DNA of 64,000 nt, from NCBI GenBank assembly GCA_964247055.1, contig OZ176058.1, positions 3,286,001 to 3,350,000 of the forward strand, read 5' to 3'. A program made the translations under genes and the position numbers. The notes beneath the pieces are model-generated. The model was not told the DNA's origin. It searched no databases and was given only the letters and a program-made list of their open reading frames with translations. The stretch is from Paragordius varius (Eukaryota; Animalia; Nematomorpha). Below are positions 42,201 through 53,365 of this stretch, one piece after another; positions within the stretch are counted from its first letter, which is position 1, and every line of letters begins with the position of its first letter.

Positions 42201-45200
42201 ATAAAAATTTAAAAGCATGCTATATTTGGCCTCAAAAAAAGTTTTTCCCAAAAAATTGGATAAAAAATTTAAAGCAAAAATTTGGTGAGGCTAATTTAAA
42301 GATTTTGAATAGTAGAAACGGTATATCCCTTTAAGATATTCAAAACGTTTTTTCTATATAATTTGATGATCATGTACTATTTAGATTTAAAAAAGTGTTT
42401 AACTTCAAATTTTTAATTATTTTTAGTTAATTTAAGTACAAACTTCAATAAAAATATGAGATGATAGATATACCATTTCCCAGTCTAAATAAACGTTTTC
42501 CCAGTCAATCGAAACATTTTCCCAATCAATCGAAACGTTTTCCCAGTCAATCGAAACGTTTTCCTAGTCAATAAAAACATTTTTCCAGTCAATCTAAACA
42601 CTTTCCCAGTCAATCGAAACACTTTCCCAGTCAATAAAAACATTTTCCCAATCAATAAAAACGTTTTCCCAGTCAATAAAAACGGTTTTATTTTTGATGA
42701 TAAATATCAAAACAAGAATATAAAAATAACTTTTAACCATTATTAACGTAATATTAGGATATTATTTTTTATAAAAACACAATTATTGAATGACAATTTT
42801 TCTAAGTATATACCAGTGCACAATCATTAATGACTTATTCTTTAATGGAATTTGAGTTTAGATAATATTTTTTATTTTATCGATGGGTGCATTAATATAT
42901 GCGGCAAACCTAAAAAATCTATAGTTACGGAGGAATTAATAAAATTTACAAAAATATACCATTTTTATCACAAAGGTCATTTAACACTTTATATTGGATC
43001 TTAACATAAATTTTACGCTAATTTTATATTGTTTAACATTTGATTGGGGGCCTAAGGCTTCCGAGTATCTTTGTGCTGGGCCGCAAAAAAATTGGAAAAC
43101 CATATGCAAAAATATGCCCACAAAATCTTAGTAATATTCAGATTTCTTACGTATGAATGAATCTATTAAATTGGAAATGAATTAAAATAAATTGTTATAT
43201 TGTGTTTGTATTTTACAGTCTTATTAATCGAAAAATTATGTGAATACCCGTATATGTTTCGAATGGGAAACCGTGTGCTTTTTGAGCTAAAAATGCGGCA
43301 TGCGAAGGCATTCAGTTGGACAATCTTGTTTTAGTCAAAAATCCTTTTTATTAAATATTGATATTTTTTCCGACAGTATTTTTATCGACAAACCGGACAT
43401 ATTTAAAAACTATTGTGAAGCGTTCCGCAAATATTAATGCGAACCATCGATAAAATAAAAAATATTATCTAAACTCAACAAAAATATAACATTTAAAGAA
43501 TAAGTCATTAATGATTTTGCACTAAAATATATATATTTGAAAAAAATGTCATTCAATAATTGTGTTTTTAATTAAAAATTATCTCCATATATTACGCTAA
43601 TAATGGTTAAAAGTTATTTTTATATTCTTGTTTCGATATTTATCATAAAAAATAAAACCGTTTTTATTGACTGGGAAAACGTTTTTATTGATTGGGAAAA
43701 TGTTTTTATTGACTGGGAAAGTGTTTCGATTGACTGGGAAAACGTTTCGATTGACTGGGAAAATGTTTCGATTGACTGGGAAAACGTTCGATTGACTGGG
43801 AAAACGTTTCGATTGATTGGGAAAATGTTTCGATTGACTGGGAAAACGTTTATTTAGACTGGGAAATGGTATATATTTATCATCCTGGAATAATTTAAAA
43901 TTTAGTTTTAATGTTTTAAAGTGTTTTATACCTTATCCACCAAAAATACTTAAAAAACTCGCTTCATTAAATGTTTTATAAATTAAATTTTAAAGCAAAA
44001 AATTCAATTTTTCGGGTAAAAATTTTTTTAGATACTAAATTATATCATTTAAAATTTTTATCGCCCATTATCGGCATATTGTTAAATAAAACTTGCCTAT
44101 TCGGGTACTAAAATTTAAGACTTTTGGAATTTACTTCTATATATAATTTTAATAAAATTTGTTTGAGCTTTATATATAGTTTGTGATATATTATAGTTAT
44201 ATTTTTTTAAATAATGCATTAAGCAAAAAAATTTTATTTAACGAAATGTCTGCATTTGTCAGTTTTAAATAAGGAGAAGTTACCACGAAAGTGCAAATGA
44301 CTTATATCTAAACTCAAAACAAAAGCACCAAAAGGTCCTGTCCCATTGATCTATGCAATATCTGCAGTATGAGTAAGTATATATTGCTAGAAAGTTATTA
44401 ATTATTGCCAAATAGTATATACAACAAAGGGCAGTATATTGGCTAATAATAGTAAAAAATGAAAAAAAGCCAATAATACGGCCCTTTGTTGTATGTGCTA
44501 TTTGGCAATAATTAATAAATTTATAGCAATGTATATACCATTTACAAGTCAAATTCACCCTTGAACAATTCGAATTTACCGTCGAACAATTTAAATTCAC
44601 CCTCAAATGAATAATATGTTTTGAAAATCAAAAATTACCTATATTTTAATATATTTTAAAATTTTGTTTTAAATTAAAATAATACTGAAAAAATAATAAA
44701 CTATGCCATAATATATTTTATATTAATAATGAGTTATATTAGTTCGAAAACATATAATTTATTTTTAGGGTAAATTTGAATTGTTCGAGGGTAGTTTAAA
44801 TTCGAGGGTGAATTTAAACTGTAAATTATACTACTCATACTGTATATTTGCTTAGGATATTTGTGTGCACAATGTTATGGTCGAGAAGGCAAACGAAATA
44901 TATAGATTATTATGAGGCGTATTTAGCATAATAATGAAATTTATCATCTCAAACTTTATGCCACCAGTTTATCAATTTTGGCAAGATCGCTTATAAACAG
45001 GCTCATACTATCAAATAAATTTAATTTTATTTATTAGCCTATTTAGGAAAAGCCTTCAATTTATGCAAAGAAAATAGTACCATAAGTCTTTTAGAATCCT
45101 ATGTTTTAGTTTTGAGGATGGGAAATATGTAATCTAACCAGGCATTTCGGTAAATGAACCATAAACTCAAATGGCCCATATATACCGCAATTTATGTAAC

Positions 45201-48059
45201 ATTTTAGCCACCCATGTCTAAAAATTATTAGTATTATACGAATCCATATTTTAAAGCCAATTGTATTAAATATGCAAATATAAGTCTGATCAACTCACAC
45301 ATGGTCTTATTTTGATTTTTGTTCAAGTTTATTAACTGTAAAATAAATCATTAGCTATATAATTATAAAAAAACTTGTAACATCTAGGCAACAGATACCC
45401 CATTCATCGTACCCACGTACTATATCACATTGAAAACCAGTTGGACAAGCGCTCTCAGCTGGTCCACACCTTTGACCGGAGCTAAGAGAGGGCGGGCATC
45501 TGGAAGAAACTCGATTTTCTTTTAATTCTAAACATATTTATATAAAATATATAAAAAGAATTTCGAAGGATATCTAACTGTAAAATATTTAAAAAATGAG
45601 GTAAATTTAACACATACAGCTTATAAATAATTACAATAAGGGTCACCATTTAAAATTTAAAGAGTCTCGGCGCATTTATAGTGATTAAGAAATAAGTTTA
45701 TAAAATGCATGGGATTTTCATTCAATGTTTTCGATTGTTAGCATCTCACCATAAAATTATATCTTATAGCAGGAGTATATTCACCAAGGATGGCTTTAGG
45801 GGTCGCATACACTATTTACAATTCTAATTCACCCTCGAACAATTTAAATTCACGCTTGAGCCATTCAAATTAATTCTTGAACAATTCAAATTCACCCTAA
45901 AAATAAATTGTGTTTTCGAGCTAATATAACTCACCATTAATATGAATTATATTTTTACGACATAGTTTATATTTTTTTAGCACTATATTAATTTTAAACA
46001 ATATTTCATATTTTTAAAATATTAAAAATAAAGGCAATTTTTAATCTTAAAAAACACATAATTTATTTAAGGGTGATATTTAATTTGTTCTAGAAAAATT
46101 TGAATTGCTCAAGGGTATTTGAAGTGTAAATGGTATATAATAAATTAATTTTACGACTTATTCTGTATTACATTCATAATACTCTACTCAAAAAATTATA
46201 TACTTGGACAAATTGTTTAACCCAAAAACAATGTTTTTGTCATCAATCTTAAATCTGAAAACCTGAAATATCATTCATATTTCTTCATTAAAAATAAAGC
46301 ACTATTTGTAAGTTCAATGAGCGGTGATCAAACCATTTTGATATTGTTGAAAAATATTCAATTTTTCAGCCAAAAGATATTGGAATTGTTATATACATTT
46401 TTCAAGGTAATAAATTAAGTCTCTTTACCTCATAATAATTTCATTAAGACATTTTAATTAGATTTTAAAAACTATAGAAATATATTATAAATCGCTTTTG
46501 TTTGTAACATTCCTTTATTGGAGAGGAAATAAAAAATATATTTTATAACTTTAAATATATTAATGATGGTAAAATGGCAAAATTTGTAGAGAAATATTTA
46601 GAAGATAGTAAAATTATTATTTTGAACTATAAAGGTAACAATACATTTGTTCAAATTATAAATTTATAAATTTTTCAAGAACCACATAAGGAAAACCCCA
46701 TCTTTTCCATTACATGTATACATAAAATTGTTAGATATGTGGTCAATGTACATTTACCATATTTTCGAAATTAATATTTTAGTTTTAAATTTAGCATATG
46801 CCATATTATATAATCAAAATCTCAGTTTTGATGGCAATCAAATCATTTTTTTATATTTACTATATCAATTTACGTTTTTTGAGGGCTGGGGTAAGTCTCC
46901 GTGCAGGATATCTTCTAGGTTTAACACGACGTGTTTGATAAGGATCACTGCCACTTTTTTTGTTCGTTTCACCAGGGAAATCCAGAGATTTGTCGAATTC
47001 GTCATCAGATTTTTTGAAATTTCGCAGAATTTCTTTCTTTTTAGGGGGTGCCTTTTTAGGCTTAATTGGTCGTTTTTCCGTAGATTCCCCAATTTTTTGT
47101 TTAGTTTGAGTTTTGGTTATGCGATATCGTTCAGTCTTTATGACTTCAAAAACGGATTCTTTTGACTTTTTAGGGGGTGTTTTAACCTTCTTCTTCGTAG
47201 GCTTTTTGGGAGGCTTTTTCGTAACAACTTTTTTGGGTTTTTTCACGGGTTTGGGAATGGGTTTTTTCCGTGCTTGATAGTTATTATTCTGATAGCTATT
47301 TCCAGGATATCGGTTATTTGGATATGGAATATAATTATAGGGGTTAGGTACAGGTCTAGGTAAGGGTACGTATATGGGAAAAGAATTTTTTTGATATGCC
47401 GATTTTTGTGGATCTAACAACTGTGATCCATCATTTAATTTTGGATTGTCAATTAATGGTTGTACTGATTTGAAAACTATTTCAGTTTTGTCGTGGCCAG
47501 GATTAAAATCATTTTGAGAGTTGTCATCTTGCTGAATATGTTGACCGCTAATATCATCCAAAGCCCTAATAAAAAATTTGTCAGTTATGACGGATTGTGA
47601 GGTGTCGCGTTTAATCCTTTCTTTTTCATGGGGGGAGATATTTGAAATATTTTTTGGTTTTCCACTTTCAGAAATCAAATCAAAGTCTAAAAATGGTGCT
47701 GGGGTCGGGGCTGTGGTCGTACTACTATAAACCCCAAGTGTTTTATTAAAAATTTGGTTTATAATATCAAGCACTGAACTTGAATTATGGATATCTATGG
47801 GGATATATCCAGATTTTTTTCCATACTTGGAATAATGATGCGATTTGAAATGCCTATCGTAATCATCACCATTTTCTTGGCCATAGGAATCTGAAGGCCT
47901 TTTTTTCTTCCAACTTTCATGCCCAAATTCAATGTAAGTCACATTGGAATCACTGTTGATAATATCAAAAGCGTTTAAATAAGTATTTTGGTGATTAAAA
48001 GAAAGGTACAAAAAGAGAACAGGTAAAAATGTAATGATGGGTACAGGATATTTTAACAT
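36139..48059 (-). CDS. Secreted protein with two Lustrin-type (WR1) cysteine-rich domains, Lys/Pro-rich region and unrecognised C-terminal domain; 6 exons, 708 aa
   Basis: Exons 48059-46874, 45527-45375, 40800-40739, 39102-39027, 38228-37771, 36330-36139; phases 1,1,0,1,0 all match; total 2127 nt. N-terminal signal-like MLKYPVPIITFLPVLFLYLSF. Domains CPPSLSSGQRCGPAESACPTGFQCDIVRGYDEWGICC and CPSANVLANVVCGQNFPACPSGYNCLPFRNQNYGVCC; the second is assembled across exons 3 and 4. Two donors are weak (GTTTTT). Confidence 0.8.
39161..39235. repeat. (AT)n microsatellite abutting a family F MITE
   Basis: About 37 uninterrupted AT units; shorter tracts near 5115, 5751, 36924. Confidence 0.95.
42469..43873. 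mobile_element. TACC-ended foldback element B3 (1.4 kb, about 450-bp inverted arms, 21-bp TTTTCCCAGTCAATCGAAACG arrays)
   Basis: TATACCATTTCCCAG...CTGGGAAATGGTATA ends with about 9 inverted 21-mers per end. Arm complementarity continues to about 42930/43410. Confidence 0.88.
44260..45330 (+). mobile_element. Probable highly decayed non-LTR (LINE) reverse transcriptase fragment, interrupted by nested MITEs
   Basis: Locally higher GC. Plus-strand fragments ISKLKTKAPKGP, YRLL*GVFSIIMKFIISN, YLGKAFNLC..LLESY and CIKYANISLI lie in the order of the RT motifs KAPGPD, YRPISLL, DLSKAFD and YADD. Matches are degenerate. Confidence 0.5.
44365..44842. mobile_element. MITE family F (CAGTATGAGTA TIR) with nested B1 element
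   Basis: CAGTATGAGT...ACTCATACTG ends with B1 at 44534-44830 inside. Empty copies at about 39236-39410 and 54998-55195. Confidence 0.8.
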
Positions 48060-48889
48060 TTGACTTATTTTCAAGTTGTATTGAGTATTTATTTCCAGGA
48101 CTTAGCTAATATTGGTAAAAATTATCTTGAAAAAACATTAAAATTGTTTTGAGATAACTAGAAATTTGTCAAAATTAGTTTTGTATGCTGTAATATATTT
48201 TGAAAGTTGATTGAACTATATCTGCCCATCTTTTATATTAAAAATTTATATAATCCCTAATTAAATGATTACCAATTAATTAAATGATTAATTTTTAAAT
48301 TGAAACAAATCGATATGTCTCTTTTGTAATTTTTTTCCATTTAAACTAACATAAAAAAGGGAGGATTATATAATTTCTAATTTTGAAATTCGATTTATTT
48401 TAAATTGTAACGGCAATCCGCCTATTATAGAATTGTTTTATAAATAAGTATTAATATATATAATTTGATTAATAAAAAAATTTATTATCTTTTAAATATG
48501 TGGACCGCAATTTAAATTTTTCTAAGCAAAATGTTACAAATAAAAAATTAGTTTTAAAAAGATAATTTGCCAATTTAGTATAAGGTTGATCTTCTCAATA
48601 TTTTTATTGAGTCTATCAGGGATATGCAAAAATCGAAATTTCCAAAATGTGTGATTCAAAAACATGGTTTGACTTTATCAAAAAAGTTTAATGCTTTTAG
48701 CTCATGGTGATATCCTTGAACTTTCCGATTTTTAACAAAAATGTTAGTTCTTAACACCGCTAAAATTAGCGCCTACCCCTCACAAATTATGTTCTTTATA
48801 GTATGTTATATATTAGGTGTAGAAATAGCAGTTTTTACAGTTTTTTTGGTTATGATTTGGAAAGTTAATTATTGATTATAAATATATGG

Positions 48890-49700
48890 TACATTGACTT
48901 CTACATATTCCTTCTCGAGTAAATATGCATATCATGCCGCCAAAAACTTATTGAATTTTACGGAAAACCAATCTTTAATTAAATACGTCATCAAAATCAT
49001 TAAAGCGCTACTCTGCGAGGGCATACTTCATTGATGTAAAGTTGCATTAGTCAGATGGCGCCTAGGTCATACGAAAGAATTTTTCATTAAAGTTATTTAA
49101 AGGTGCTCTCACTGGTTTTGTATGAGACGAAGCTTCATATAAATTTTTCACCTTACCCTATCTTCTAGCAAATTCCGGCTGATATTCGTTAAACGCAGGA
49201 TTCAAATGAATCATTTGTTGGCAATGGCGTTTTATATTAACGGTTTCACCGGGTTTCAAACGTTCAATATCGATTTGGTCTAACGAGATAAAGAACAAGA
49301 TCTTCTTACCTTAGCAATTTGGTATTGGTGTTGATGGATTGGCTAGGCAGGGTAATAGCACGATTTTTCCGCTTTGGGTTCCCAAAATAAGGGGTTCCCT
49401 CGTCCCCATTAGATTCAATAATGATTTCTTTTTCGTTAATACATAATATTTTTTTGATTCCGATTATACGTTCATTCAGTGTGAGACCCTTTCAAATTTA
49501 TTGTTTTTTCACATTGGAGCTTAATATCTATCGATTGTTTTTTGCGACACATGTAAAGCTTTTGCCAATCGCCTTTGTGTTTGAATTAATTCATCATTAT
49601 ATTTAAACCGTATGGTCCTTTTTGCAATTGTAAGGTGTACCAGAGCGCCCCCTCTTTACTTAGAAATTACATGTTTCCCCGAAACAATGACTTTCAACAA
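48890..49700 (-). mobile_element. Decayed mariner (DD34D-type) transposase, with stops and frameshifts
   Basis: Minus-strand fragments QTQRRLAKALHVSQKTI (HTH), GDEGTPYFGNPKRK, LKPGETVNIKRHCQQMIHL, PEFARR*GKV, APSD, SMKYALAE*RFNDFDDV are collinear with Mos1-like mariner motifs (GDEKW..NPKRK, LKPGETV, APSDY). No intact TIRs were recognised. Confidence 0.88.
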
Positions 49701-50940
49701 CCTTTTTATATTCTGATGACAATGGGTGCCGCAATCATTTTTGTTAGTCATAAAATTTGACTTGATTACTGAATGATAAAAGCAAGACGCTATATATATA
49801 TCATTTACAGTTCAAATTCACCCTTAAACAATTCAAATTCACCCTTGAACAATTAAAATTCACCCTCAAATAAATAACATGTTTTTTAAGATTAAAAATT
49901 ACCTATATTTTAATATATTTTTAAAAAATAAAATTTTTTTTTAAATTAAAATAATACTGAAAAAAATAATTAATTATGCCATAAAGATATATTTTATATT
50001 AATAATGAGTTATATTAGTTCAAAAACATATAATTTATTTTTAGGGTGAATTTGAATTGTTCGAGGGTGAATTTGAATTGTTCGAGGGTGAATTTGAACT
50101 GTAAATGGTATATATTGACATACTCAAATGTGAAATGAACAAAATACGATCAGAAAATCTTAGCTAAACCGCTAATAACTTATGATTACACTTGGTGTTT
50201 AGAGAATAATATGCTGATCAACGTGTAAAATACGACTAAATATTATTATTTTCAGAATAATACTAGGTTCGGGTTAGTATATATTCAGCTTTGCGATAAT
50301 TTAAAAAATTATAAGTAGCATACTTTGTAAGAAATATCAACCACAAAACCTGGTATAATCTTTTATATTACCTATAGCAAAAATTACTGTCATTCTATTT
50401 TAAAATAACCCAAAGTATTTATACTTATTTACCATGCTTCTCCTAATAACTAATTGTTTTCTAATTGAAAAATGTATTAAAATTTTAGCCCAGTAAGTAA
50501 AGACTGGATATAAAAATTAAAAAATAGATGACCTTCAAAATATAAGGTTACAAGCTTATTTGTTTCTCAAAGAGTTGCCACGCGGATCCATTAATATTTG
50601 CAATATATTTTTCTGCCATGAAACCAACTTTTTTATCTTAACAAAAAAATATTTTTCTAAATCTAAAAAACACGAATTTGCACAAATTTGTTATCATAAT
50701 TTATAATTATATATTTTCGAATTTTGTATTAATTCTTATTATTATTTTCTTTTGTTTTAGTCTATCCATTGAATAAGATACTCTCCTGTATCAAAAATTT
50801 TGGATATAGTTTAAATTTAATAAATTTTACGCGAATTCAAATTATTATTTTAACATAAATATACACGAATTTGCACAAATTTGTTTATAACATTTATTTT
50901 TGACTAGTATATAAAGTAAAAAATCTATTCATTTTCACAT

Positions 50941-51586
50941 TTATCCATAATAGGTGCTAAATGGTGTAGGGTAAGAATATGCGCCGCCATAGCCGCCATA
51001 CCCATATGGGCTGTATCCACCATATCCTCCGTATGGGCTATAACCGCCATACCCACCATATGGTGAATATCCGCCATAACCCCCATACCCCCCATATAAG
51101 CCGCCATAACCCGCTCCATAGTATTGAGCATTTACTTCCAAGTTACGCGTCATCAGGCTAAGCAAGAGTAGGCCAAATAAAAAGGTAGAAATCTATTTTA
51201 GAAAAAACAAGTATAAATAAAAGTTTGTTAAAAAATATGTGTACAGTCTCAACAATGATTGCACCTCGGCGGAAAATTAACAATAAAAATTTCTTATTTC
51301 TGAAAAAATTTCTTATTTCTGAAAAAAATTTCTGAAAATATTGGCAACCAAGTTTGGTATTTTTTAAATCTAAGTCATTTGTTTTTAAGATTTCTGTGTT
51401 TAAAATTTCTGTGACTTTTTTTGGAATAAAAGCGGCGTAAAAATGGTATTAAATACCAAAAGCGCGTGTCCAGTGCTAACAATGAAATGGAAATTTTTTT
51501 GAAGTTGCGGGTATTAAATACGCTATTTAAACCTTTAACAAAAGCAAAACATTTGTAGTTACAGAACTAAAATAATATATTACCAT
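50941..51586 (-). CDS. Secreted Gly/Tyr-rich small structural peptide, copy 1 (84 aa)
   Basis: Exon 1 is the ATG only (51586-51584, context gccaaaATG|GTAATA). Exon 2 is 51192-50941: ISTFLFGLLLLSLMTRNLEVNA then QYYGAGYGGLYGGYGGYGGYSPYGGYGGYSPYGGYGGYSPYGYGGYGGAYSYPTPFSTYYG-stop. Confidence 0.85.
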
Positions 51587-52706
51587 TTTGGCAAGATTAG
51601 AATTCATTTTGATAACAAAGGCAGTAGTAAGATATGATGTTACTTAATAGTTGGCACGTTGGAAATATATATATTAAATCGTGGGTAAAATTGAAGAAAA
51701 GATAAATTTAATAGTAAATTTTGTGCCTTATATACTTTTTATTTTTTACTTAAAAATCAACCAATTTTTGCATCTCAATGCATTACGAGGTCACTCTTTC
51801 ATAACTAACTACGATACATTCGAATTTGCTTAAACAAAACAACAATATTTTATAAATTGTTACATAATAAAGAATGTCTCAATGTAACAAAACATTAGAT
51901 TTGACTATTAACTTTACGCTTAGTTTGTATTATCATTAAAATTCACTTTTTTATAAAGGCTCAAATTTGGGTATTGAACAAATTTTTTTTAAACTATAGT
52001 TAACAGTTTAGGAAATAGGTTTTACATAATAATGTTTGAAAAATTATTAAAAAGTATACAAAAGGTCAGTCAAACCCATTATTAATATATCCGAATACTT
52101 CAGTTAATCTATTTAAGTTTTTAAACTTGTAAGCGTTGAAATAAATTAATTTCTAAATTGTTTAAGGCCATTATTAATTTTAACTAACTAAAATTATAGT
52201 TTAATGGCGGACAAAGCGATGTTTTAAGCCCTTTTACCAGCAAATCAATTAGTATGAAATTAAATATTATATCAATTTTTCTCCATGAAATATTAAGCTA
52301 TATGACCAATTTTGGGGATGATAATTTATTCGCCCTTCAAAAAGCGGAAAATGATTGAAAAGAGTTGCCACGCGGATCCATAAATATCTGCTATACTTTT
52401 CTGCCATGAAACCCACTTTATCTTAAATGTATTTTTTCCGCAATCTAAAAAAATTTTTTTTTGTTATCATAATTTATAATTATATTTTTTCGAATTTTGT
52501 TTTGATTATATCTTATTTTCTTTTGTTTTAGTTAATCCATTGAAAAAGATACTCTTATGTATCGAAAATTTTGGATATATAATAAATTGTACGCGAATTT
52601 AAATTATTATTTTAACATAAATATACATGAATTTGCACAAATTTGGTTATAACATTTATTTTTGACTAGTATATAAAGTAATAAAAAAATCTATTCATTT
52701 TCACAT

Positions 52707-53365
52707 TTATCCATAATAAGTGCTAAATGGTGTAGGGTAAGAATATGCGCCGCCATAGCCGCCATACCCATATGGGCTATATCCACCATATCCTCCGTAT
52801 GGGCTATAACCGCCATATCCACCATATGGTGAATATCCGCCATAACCCCCATACCCCCCATATAAACCGCCATAACCTGATCCATAGTATTGAGCATTTA
52901 CTTCCAAGTTACGCGTCATCAGGCTAAGCAAGAGTAGGCCAAATAAAAAGGTAGAAATCTATTTTAGAAAAAACAAGTATAAAATTTAAAAGTTTTTAAA
53001 AATATGTGTACAATCTCAAATACGATTATAGGGCGAAAAATTAACCAAAAAATTTCTTATTTCTGAAAAAAATTTCTGAAAATGGTGGTAATCGATTCGA
53101 AAAAATTTGTTTCGTATTTTTTAAATAATGAATTATTTTGATACCATATATATTTTTTGAAACAGTCATTTATGTCATTTGTTTTTAAAATTTCTGTGAC
53201 TTTTTTTAAATTAGGGCGGCGTAAATTGTATTTATACCAAAAGCACCAGTCCAGTGCAATGAAAAGAAAATATTTTTAAAGGTGCGGGTATATTAAATAC
53301 GCTATTTAAACCTTTAACAAAAGCAAAACATTTGTAGTTAGAGAACTAAAATAATATATTACCAT
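52707..53365 (-). CDS. Secreted Gly/Tyr-rich small structural peptide, copy 2 (84 aa)
   Basis: Exon 1 ATG 53365-53363, exon 2 52958-52707. Differs from copy 1 by one residue (Ala/Ser) and four synonymous changes. Confidence 0.85.

Noticed and set aside
42485-43857. ORFs 42485-42676 and 43603-43857 (LTGKTFR / IDWENV heptads)
   Set aside because: Translations of the 21-bp subterminal arrays of element B3.
44365-44842. MITE F acting as an introner (its ends offer GTATGA and CTGCAG)
   Set aside because: Flanks give no open frame on either strand after removal; they look like a decayed RT, not exons.
45234-45335. Extra Lustrin exon at the TTTTACAG acceptor (minus strand)
   Set aside because: Only phase 0 is open, whereas the 45375-40800 join is phase 1 and completes the second Cys domain; the segment overlaps the RT relic.
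50925-52927. Alternative-frame ORFs over the Gly/Tyr genes (50925, 50979, 52691, 52745)
   Set aside because: By-products of the GGY repeat; only the Gly/Tyr frame has a signal peptide, a spliced ATG and a synonymous-biased difference pattern.
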